Of a stretch of DNA of 64,000 nt, positions 21,301 through 29,200 are shown one piece after another. The notes beneath the pieces were generated by a model. The model was not told the origin of the DNA. It was given only the letters and a program-made list of their open reading frames with translations, and did not search any database. The DNA is from a virus. The position numbers and the translations under genes were made by a program. Position 1 is the stretch's first letter; each line of letters starts with the position of its first letter. The stretch is from positions 87,108 through 151,107 of IMG/VR virus record IMGVR_UViG_3300042516_004811. One strand, given 5' to 3'.

Positions 21301-21528
21301 GGTGAATTCACGCTTTTTATTGTCAGTGTTTCCCTCGTCTTGTTTGCGAGAGATGTCCCAACCAAGCGCCTTTACGGCTATATCTGCTTGAAGCCTGCCT
21401 GAGTAGACGCTTCCGTTGATTGATTGCTTGAAACGAAGCGCTCTAGCATCGAAGTCCCTACAGCAGGCAACTGGAGATACTAGACGTCCAGACGTTATTA
21501 CCCTGTGCTTTACCGGTTCACCCGACAT
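15316..21528 (-). CDS. 2070-aa multidomain (polyvalent-type) protein: zincin metallopeptidase + degenerate VIP2-like ART + others
   Basis: HEFAH...EALAELY, LTPRQREAI...GESRFILPPGSLRVV, and three LSSG motifs. Confidence 0.75.
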   Translation of the reverse strand: MSGEPVKHRVITSGRLVSPVACCRDFDARALRFKQSINGSVYSGRLQADIAVKALGWDISRKQDEGNTDNKKREFTGESMPGVEKNAYGYRWKPEARWEPGSKLVLSPTIESIRGMDIEPNFGWIPEKEREVDSFDKLLNKLRNKPHIKISKFDVNPKTDEVDTSSEKIVDPFAMSTGMTMEERRRRLNKGKNVEEKSLGPNLGARVPGGSLLARAAAAVGILRDENNKFRCPPGTPAANQFTDAMGSNCFGFSASRFARFAARQAAELSNQGEMQGLRNSARNVLDFVYNGRWFRDLADADPARIGRSPWYDAATGERIETPDWRDVDGPENLRVTTNGMINAQDEIARADAEVLSLLDDLGVDISDEARATNEDLGQAFDTLRQMANNGDPRGWDVNLVNANGVDQPRLTPQQVEQFVTARLQAVQGWTSLSKEEQDLMVKADTARYYETERAFLESLLVQFKRNPSAAKFLGTIMYDSDSNHEAGTSLMRDAAQIIDMTDPVTGKTRKVKIPGEMRGVIDFNMDMIMSNQETMLPNMGAGQRLSIAAIGGRTDAESQMALSHFMLNADLAARHMAGLVDGPKSFTRHIGIHEFAHLVQAQGFMEEIDRRAKAGMLEVPQFSKRGDYLGQKKINSLYDLSAGDIMNMMTQTADGINLKELGDVMSRLEGVAQFSGAYPREYEKGSEIWALEALAELYALREQKLISGDDVDSVLEFMDDIMAKRAETSAAIASATYDLDEVDSPDIDSPTADVLPGITPEELDAMAEEALVRRVADRRETLKAFRSDYSGLTQEEMFDVATEIATDYTIAKESLDEIEKSEIPSGLTPEETDAATRARQELLDIAIEEAQFHEKKYDDARREWKKKYGIGARSENARFDAEVGSLRESRGLLSPSEAAKNARARQLDAISEDITQIDDKKAIRKMADTQVLMKANSDDVDKSVELAEEFDTMKNAMIEKLRAGGDKRSRSRISKEIDEKIEALNSPKPKPTRKFKSKADADSFVKSRRASQSRRLTPRQREAIRQIGTGEDVDISNVLDPQKQVSAGRAINRRNARLARLGLEVDENSSSEAPLDRQVQNVLIPTMEAIDATSITEPFEIEAIVEVESGKVSGRSVGKDVQIDSLVTGRLMPKGRRPTKLTRQQESDAPEGKKKKRVVISLKEGDKGIFSSPGEDGESRFILPPGSLRVVSRGDDGTIYMEVSSQKNAVEAAESLRDSLSNGTDDAIWRKGASNRVGKVVNEYVTARRESRDIDSPRNDSDKQIAETNSSINEQVVDAGSSFGEGIDDVDLQGASESLSSGRSIYGPKQTRAQRTESRRSKISSNAKEIRNILSGKGSKEFPELSKENIDPRVAELIMNLPDEELHSLIEETAYRMHSGLDRRAHVRMRESEVDEMLITGTVRSPLASSSDDSPVASRRIERILRRNSSGTREDGFRRAMQSESLSSGAVKKGIGERLKGRAMNQIAERMGLDDEEKEVMELVVDTAAAMRFGPQAALTKLGMELARRGSRDLAEFVVEKLKEDDRINDEQAKMILKRMNRVAPEGLPEPLKDAAVSAARGARRMVDTPENRERIATARESAGRRARRLRDASAERVREMRDRITGVEAINDAGETGPPIGLPPVPVLRGEPRVTLSSGRVERTLKPGSISPQTSKIKSSRASISLGENWRDQIEVYEIGGKRVAFGVPNEQSWESDISDVEVLPINPFVISGLDETSDEGRELAIKWTLAGIGLNEEGNDSKTEASSILYAATRGDTDAQKRLDDLAEAGQKTVDASRKNIAQLRQETIDREAAAREKTLSELRRALPDASEEEIQRRARPSRSNGFSGLSVDDLYLVHETTYEPQYDSDGNLVIRPTGDYPMLDENGQPLLDDNGRPWDTYRGTIHFSINHRVSGHQQRETPEASNVIMIPLKDVIAANPGALDNLYGVDTYLTPPPGEPLKLPASAVRTLKLEKGETDPWGKVHTELESMGMSPDVRMYGGTDSVGLDADQRISGIAAQLDVENKMHSHSDNAHFEKTRKHDGMSFPVTPGIFANLSRNALLRLMHQDRWSGANNSLSETTRSVV

Positions 21529-21542
21529 ATCGGGGACCTCGG

Positions 21543-23120
21543 TTACTTATCGTCGATTGAGTCTTCGAGAAGCTGGAACTCGACGAGGGCCGCCATGAAA
21601 TCCGCATCACCCAGCTCCTCGCTCTTTTCCTTGCTTCCGGCAAGCCAGTTTGCGGGGATAAGGCTTTCGAGTTTAAGGTCGCGAGCGCGCTTCATAATAT
21701 GGCGCTTGGCAGCCTCTTTGTCTTTTGCCCTACCGAAAGCCTGAATTGCATTTCTTAGGTCGGACTCTGAAACGATTGGATATGAACCGTCAGGAAGAGC
21801 CATACCTTCCTTGGCAAGTTCCATTCTTCTCTCTTCAGAAAAAGCTCTCTTGATTGCAATCTCAGCTGCTTCTGCTTCAATCTGCTCAACCTCATCAGCT
21901 TCATACTTGTCATAACCGAGCACTTCGCCATCAAGGGCAACGAAGACGTCGTACGACTTTCCGTCAAATCCTTCGATTTCTACAGCATAAGCATCAAAAC
22001 CTTCGAAAACATCTGGCTCTACCGCAACAACATGTCCATCAATTGACTTGACGGCGATTTCTGCTGCTTCGGTGAAATCAATGAGCTTGTATTCAGAAAA
22101 GCCAGACTTCTGTTCAAATTCTGATTCATCGAGCTTCTGGAAGCCCAAAACTTCTGCGCTTGTTCCGTCGATGAATACTTCCTTGACGGAACCATCCTTT
22201 GTCTGTACGTCAACAACAAACATGTCTGCTGGCTGCGAGTAGCCGGAGTCAACAACAACACCATCGAACATTTTTTCTGCCAAACCTTCGACGTGTAGCA
22301 GTCCGGGCAGACCCTTTTCAGCAACACAACCACCTGGGCAGTCGTCGCAAACAGGAGAAGAACCCGCATAGGCTTTTCTCTCTATTGCACATAGATATCC
22401 GTGAGCGCCAAGGTCAGCTGTCTTTATTCCAAGGGACTTAATTCGTGACCTGCGAATGTCTTCCCACTCTGAGTCGCGAGCAGAGAATGACTTCTCGCCC
22501 ATAATGAGCTCATCGTCTTCGTCTTCCTCGTATTCCTCGTCCTCTTCGTCCTCGTCTGACATTTCTTCGTCTTCCGACATTTCTTCGTCGTCTGACTCTT
22601 CGTCATCATCTTCTGAGTCGATTTCTACCTCAAGCTTTGCAGCCTTCGCCTTGCCCATAGTTCTTTGAGCAGAAGACTCCTCGTCTTCGTCACCCATTGA
22701 CTCCATGTCCATTTCGGCTTCGTCAAGCGCTGCCTCTTCGCCCTCGTCATCAGCCATTATTACCTGGCCAGGAACTGGGACCCTCTTGGGCTTCATCTCT
22801 TTAGATGATTTCTCCATTGGCTCGCCGTCTTCGTCTTCTTCCTCTTCGGTGTCTGCCTCAAGGTCAACTTCCATTACGCCAACAACGCCACCTTCTGCAG
22901 GCTTCTTCTTCGGCTTCATTTCCGGAGCTTCCATGGCCATTTCCTTCTCCTCCAACTCAGAGGCGGGAACCATCTTCATCTCAACAGGCATGGCGCCGCA
23001 CTTTGCGCACAACTCCGAACCCTTAACAAAACCGCAGTCAGCGGCACTAGCGCCTTTGGCGCACTTAAGAACGTTGCCCTCGGCGTCAATGCTGACTGTG
23101 GCTTTCTCGTCGTAGCTCAT
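21543..23120 (-). CDS. acidic scaffold-like protein with two PepSY-like domains and a C-terminal DUF6582-like domain
   Basis: GGGAG RBS before ATG 23120. D/E-rich tract, IDFTEAAEIAV...YAVEI...DG...VFVALDGEVL, and ALPDGSYPI...NAIQAFGRA...HIMKRA. Confidence 0.7.
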   Translation of the reverse strand: MSYDEKATVSIDAEGNVLKCAKGASAADCGFVKGSELCAKCGAMPVEMKMVPASELEEKEMAMEAPEMKPKKKPAEGGVVGVMEVDLEADTEEEEDEDGEPMEKSSKEMKPKRVPVPGQVIMADDEGEEAALDEAEMDMESMGDEDEESSAQRTMGKAKAAKLEVEIDSEDDDEESDDEEMSEDEEMSDEDEEDEEYEEDEDDELIMGEKSFSARDSEWEDIRRSRIKSLGIKTADLGAHGYLCAIERKAYAGSSPVCDDCPGGCVAEKGLPGLLHVEGLAEKMFDGVVVDSGYSQPADMFVVDVQTKDGSVKEVFIDGTSAEVLGFQKLDESEFEQKSGFSEYKLIDFTEAAEIAVKSIDGHVVAVEPDVFEGFDAYAVEIEGFDGKSYDVFVALDGEVLGYDKYEADEVEQIEAEAAEIAIKRAFSEERRMELAKEGMALPDGSYPIVSESDLRNAIQAFGRAKDKEAAKRHIMKRARDLKLESLIPANWLAGSKEKSEELGDADFMAALVEFQLLEDSIDDK

Positions 23121-23237
23121 AGAACTCCCGTAAATGCAGGGAAATGCCATAGGGACATTAACCAATCAATTTGCTTAAATTATAACGTATCAGAACCTTG
23201 CGCGCTAATTAGTAACGTTTGCTAATTTGCTTGCCTG

Positions 23238-26200
23238 TTAATCGTTGGCGAAATTGTCTGGCTTAACCTTTCTTCTCTCTCGTTTTTTTCCAGAGAGTGT
23301 CTCGCCATCCTCTTCAATTCTTCTGCGTGCTGTCTCTAGCTGCTCTCTACTGAAGATGTCTTCAATGGTGTGATTCGTTCCAAATGCTTCATTGAATCTG
23401 TTGACAATCTGTTGTAGCTCGTTGCTGCTGAATCTTGGTTCATCGCCCTTTCTTGGGCTGAATACGGAACCTTTTCTCTTTGCTGACTCCGACAGATATA
23501 GGGCCATATCTGTGCTGTTTGTTATGTAGTTGCGCGTTTTTGTGCTGTTTTGCGGCGAATTCGGAAAACTCTTGTCAATAAATTCATTAAGTGCCTCATA
23601 AACAGCATGTTTCGCGTTGCTGAGTTCTGAATCCAGTTTTGAACCGGAGTCTCCATCTCGCCAAACAGAACTGGCGTCTGGAATGAGACCAGCCTTTATC
23701 ATCTGGTTGATATACGCGATTGGAACTCCGTTTTTCTTCCAGTCACTCTGTGCGCCAAGACCAACATCATCCATGCCGAACGACTGCTGCAGTCTTTCGC
23801 GCATTCTCTGTTGCCATCCCTTTTCTGGGATACCCAGATACTTGAGAAGAGCGTCAAGTTCAAAGTCCTTGCGCGCAGTCTTGTCAGCCCTTAGCTCCTC
23901 CGCAGAAACATCTGGCTCCTGTATGTCAGGAAGTTCTGCCTCATCAATTGACTCCTCCATGAGCATTTCCTCAACTGGTGAGTCACCCCTGGTGGCGCTA
24001 TCTTTATCGAATCGGCCGCTAGCACGGAATTGTGAAACCCTGCTCACCTCACCAAGTGAATCGTATTCCTCTGGGGAGATTGGGTTATTTTCTTCCTCGT
24101 CAAACCAGTGTGGGAATGCGTCCTTGCCAAATGTTTCGATTATGAATCGGTCACGCATGTTGGCCCTGCCAAGATTTTCCGCAAATCGTTCCATTACGTT
24201 CATTTCAGCAAAGTCTTCGTCTGCTCTTGTGACAGGGGCAAAAAGCCTCCATCCAGCAAACTCTGGCTGTTTTCCAAGTTCGGCAACAAGCATGCGTACC
24301 GCATCGTGGTTAATTCCGGCATCGGGGTCCGAAAGTTTTGCCGCATTTGGCTTGTCAAGGTTCAGCAGGGATGCCAGCTCATCATTGCTTAGTGGACGCG
24401 ATTGGGTCCAGGTAATGTCTTTTCTTCCGGTTCCTGGGTCGGTCTGGACAGAGTATTCCGTTGGAATTCTTATCGTATCCTTCAGTTTTTCCGTGGAGAG
24501 CATCCATGTTGAGGCTGTTGGGTTCTGGTTGGGGTTGTTTGACGAAACGCTACCAACAGTAATTTGTGGTCTGTCTGCCATTCTCTGTGAAACGTTGTTC
24601 ATCGCTTCGCGAATCTGTCTCTGTCTTGCATCAGTTCCAGAATCATCACTATTCACGTCAAGGGCTATGCCGGTTCTCTTGAATCCGTCCCATACGCGCA
24701 TTGAATAATCGAGTTCGCGTCTAGCTTTAGAGTTTGTTTCTGGGTTTCCAGACAACCTCAGACCTGCAATTCCCTGTGTGCTTGGTCTTGCATTCCTTGG
24801 TGCGCGCTGAGCTCCGCCCTGGCGCAGTCTGCGACCAAATCTTCCTTCTAGCTCCACATCGGTACGACCGCTAGAGAAGAACTCTTCTGGCGACGGACCA
24901 TCATTCCGCTTGCCAGGGCGACGATTTGCCCTCAGCCTGTCACGGTCAGCAAATCTTTGCCTGTCTTCGTCGGACCATGGGGTTTGACGGGAACGATTTA
25001 GTCTGCGGTTTCTGCGTCCGCGACCTGAGCGACCAGAGGAAAGGAAGTCAACGAACTGGTCCATGTCTGGACTATTGGACGCGTCCTCGTCACCGATGTC
25101 TTCGATTCCGTCGATGCTGGCGTCTTCGTCTTCTTTTTCCTCTTCTTTTTCTTTGATTATGTCGTCAATTGACTTGCCATCATCGCCACCACCAACTTCG
25201 TAGTCGCCAGGCTCATCGTCGTCGTCTTCGATTGTTGGTGTTGGTGCATTTATTTCCCCAGAGTATGGGTCAAACAGGCCTTCCGGCTTATTGAGATAGT
25301 CGGGCATTCTGCCGTCCTCAATAGCCTTGTCGATTGCCTCCCTTTGTCTTGCCGACACAGTGTCAGAGAGGTAAAGGTCGTATATTGCCTTGCCCGGGTC
25401 GATTGCTCTCTTTGCTCTAGTTAGAGCAACATAAACAATGTTGAGTTCCTCTCTTCTGGAGCGACTCTCAACTGGTTTTCCAGTTTCTGGGTCTATGTCG
25501 AGGTCTGGAGGATTACGGAAGTCAGAAGCAACGCGGACCCTATCCCACTCTCTACCCTTGGATAGCTGCGCGGTTGTTATTTCAACGTCAGCATTTGGCG
25601 TTTTTGCTGAAGTCCTCATGCGGCTTACTATGTCGTTGAGAATAAAAGCAGTTTCTTCGTCGGTATCGCCCTTGATAACAACAGTGTCTCCAAACTCTTT
25701 TCCAGAACCTTCCTTGTTTCGGAGACCGTTCTTCTTGAATTGGACTTTTCCACCGTAGTAATCACTATCCTCTAGGATTCTCATCATGTCTCTGAAGTAG
25801 ACACCCTGTGGCGCTTTTACGACTTTTCCAGTCTTGGTATCGGTGTATTCACCACCGCTATCAATGCCCCAGTCAAATAACTCAATGGCCCCCGTCCATT
25901 CGCCCTCACGCTTTCCGTTCACATCCGCGAGCTGGAGGTGCCACTGAACCTTGCTCTTTCCTTTACCGGTTGTGTCTGGAATTACCTCAAATCTTCTGGC
26001 ACGACTTGCTGTTGACGTTGAGGTGAAACCCGTTCCGCGCTGTGCAGATATGGTCTTTAGGTCATCAACATTTACGTCCTTGAGCTTGGAAAGATTGAGC
26101 ATCTTTCTCTCTGGAACAATGACTGGCGCCTTGATTCCTGGCGTTACGCCATTAGCGAACATGTTTCGGTATTCCCATGCCCTGCGTGGTGGGATTCCGA

Positions 26201-29200
26201 GGTTTTTATTGCCGCGAGTAACAAGCTTGTACATTGACTTGAGCTGTGCATACTGCTCTTGTTGAGCCCTGCGCTTTATTTCGCCAGCATCCCAAACATC
26301 ACCAATCCATGAAGACGCTTTCGGGCGCAACCCCTTCTTTGTCAGCTCTATCTGCTTATCTACCGGTGTATCCATTACGAACGACAAGTGCTCAAAGAAT
26401 GCTTTCATTTCTCTGTGTTTTGTCGCTGGAATCATCACAACGGGAGGGAGTTCCTGTCCGTTTCTGGTGAATCTCGGCTGGAAGTTTTGGATGAACTGCA
26501 ATGCTTCATAAATAATTGTTGCATTATCGCGCGTAAGGATTGCGTCAGCGTCCTTCATGTCGGCAACAAACTCACCAGCTGCTTCTTTTGAAAGAACATC
26601 CTTTAGTGACGCAAGCTCCCTGCTTCTTGCTGCCTCGTCCATATCGGCAAGAGCAACGTAACTATCTTCTACTTTTCGGAGCTCCTTGGAGAGAGCCTTG
26701 TTGATTTCAATACCTGAAACAATTTCATCATCAGACAAAGATGCAAGCTTTGTCTTGTACTTCTTGTCTGCTGCTTTGAGCTTTTCTCTTCTCTGGTCAA
26801 CAGTCATGCTTGTCATATCGAAATCATCACGAATGCCTTTTTGGGCAATTCTGATTCTGTCGCTCTTGTACTTTGACTCAATCTTTACTAAGGCTTCGCG
26901 GGCTCTTTCTGGGGAAAGGCCATCCATGTCGAAGTCGTTGTTGATTACATCAACAGCCAAACCGGCAACGTGGTGGAATCTGTCTTCTATTCCCAATTCA
27001 GAATCGTCAATATTGCCCTGTGACTGAATCAGGTTTGCCAACCAAGCAACAGTTGGTCCATAACGGAACGACTCATTCAATGGGAGGTCATAGTCGCCGT
27101 TTAGTGAGGAAAGAATGTCTTTAGCACCACGGAACGCATAAACTGCTTGCCTCTTGTCGCCAACAAGTAGAATAGAGAGATTGTCTCTGTTCTTATTTAA
27201 CACCTGCTCCATTACTGGGTTCATATCTTGAGCTTCGTCAATCATGAACATTGACAGCGGGTTATCCTTAGTTGCGTATCTCCGCGCGACCGTGGCCTGG
27301 AAGTTCTTGCCTTTCTGGCCTGTCTTTACAGAGATAACCACACGTCCGTCAGGGAGAATGTCCCCAACTTTTGTTTCCTTTGGAACCTGAACGTTTGCCT
27401 CTAGGTCTTTTCCTGTGGCATGACCAATCAAGCCAGGGTCGCTTCTCAGGTCTGGGTCGGTCATCGCCCAGAGTTTGTCTGTCTGCCCTTGGTCTGGAAG
27501 GACGATGCTGTCCGGGTCGGTAACCATGTTCCAACCATCATTGGCGTCTTTCAACCACTGGTCTGGAATTGAAGGCCATTCAGTGTCAACAATTGAATCA
27601 GATGCTCTGCCCTTGTTGATGTCTGCTCTCTTGAAGTGCTGTGGGCCGATTTTCTCGTCAGCACTGTTTGCGAATGCCTTGAGTGCCTTGTTAAGAATGT
27701 CTGCATAGTCTCTAACTGTTAGATTTACTCCCGCTATTGGGGTTGGCATTCCGGCACCCTTGCCAGCAGAGAACTCTTCTCTATCGGTGAGCTTGAGTGC
27801 TTTAATCCAGCCGTTTGAGTCAGATAGCTTCAAATAACCAAGGTCTCTCCAGCCCGGGTCGTACCCAACCGTCTCACCCTCTGTTCCATCAACTTTTGTG
27901 AACTTGATTGTTTGAAGTTTTCCGTCTTTGTCTCTTCTGGCAAATGTCCCTCTATCCTGGGTGGAAATTTTTACCTTGTCGCGGAACTTCTTGCCATACT
28001 TTTCGTCACCCTGACCGAGCAACAATGACCACCAAGACAGCCTGTTTAGTGTTGATACACCAGTGTTGTCGCTGAATTCAGCAGCAGCCTCTTCTTCATT
28101 CTTCTTGTTGAAAACAACGTAGTACGCCGTTGGTGACTTAAATTTGTCTCTAAGTTCAGAAAGTTTTGTATCCCTGTCCTCTTCCGACATTGAGGAAAGG
28201 TCAAACTTGTCATCATCGGTGCTGTACTTCTCGGAGATGAAATCCAGTTTTTCCTTTAGGGCTTCCGGTCGATTAATGAATCGCGTGATATCAAACTCGC
28301 GTTCAGCTGCGGCCATCAATGCCTTGAGGGTTGTTGTTTTCCCTGAGCCGGCACCAGCAGAAACAGTCATGATGCCTTTTTGCTCGCCAAACATTAAAGC
28401 AAGACCAGTATCGATGATGTCTTTCTGCTGCTCTGTTGGCTCATAAGAGAATCCATATAGGCTTCCGAAATGTGCCGTTCCTGGTGAGCGTTTTACGGCA
28501 CGAGCTTCGTCACCGCTCCTATGCTGGACTGAACCACGCGATGCACCACTGGACAAGCGTCCAGATACGTCCTTAGCTAACCCGTCGCGACCCTCACGAC
28601 GGATATAGCCGCCGCCGATAATGTCTTCATCAACGGTATTGAGGTTGCTCATCATTGCGCCGCTAGACAGGGCCTCGGTTGAAGCCTCGCCGGAGGCCTT
28701 TGAGCCCTTCCTCGTTCTCTTTGGCTTTTCTGCTGGAGCTGGAGGAACTATGTCCTCAATGTCTTCGTCGCCAAATGTTCCACGCACGCCACCAATTGTC
28801 GGAATCTTTGGTGAATCCTCAAATCCAACAATCATTGGGACTTCAGCGGTTGCCTCGTCCTTGCCCTTGCGCTCGCCATCCGGAATACCAGCACGCTTGC
28901 GCATGGTTGCCGAACGATTCATCAGGAAGTCAACAGCCTGCTGAGCTTGAGTAATTGCGTCTTTCAATGCCTCTGGACGGCTACGTAGAGCCTGGAGCCA
29001 TGAAGCCAAGTACGGTGCGTGGTCTTTTCTCACTGGAGCTTCAACACCCATTGCGCCAAGAGCAAATGCCGAACCAATCTCGGCAATAAGTTCTTCGAAT
29101 GCATAATCAGCATCACCAAACTGTTTGCCAAGTTTTCTGTTCATTCTTGATGGGTGTGATGTCCAGTGAACGGTCTCGTGGAATAGCGTTGAGTAGAAGT

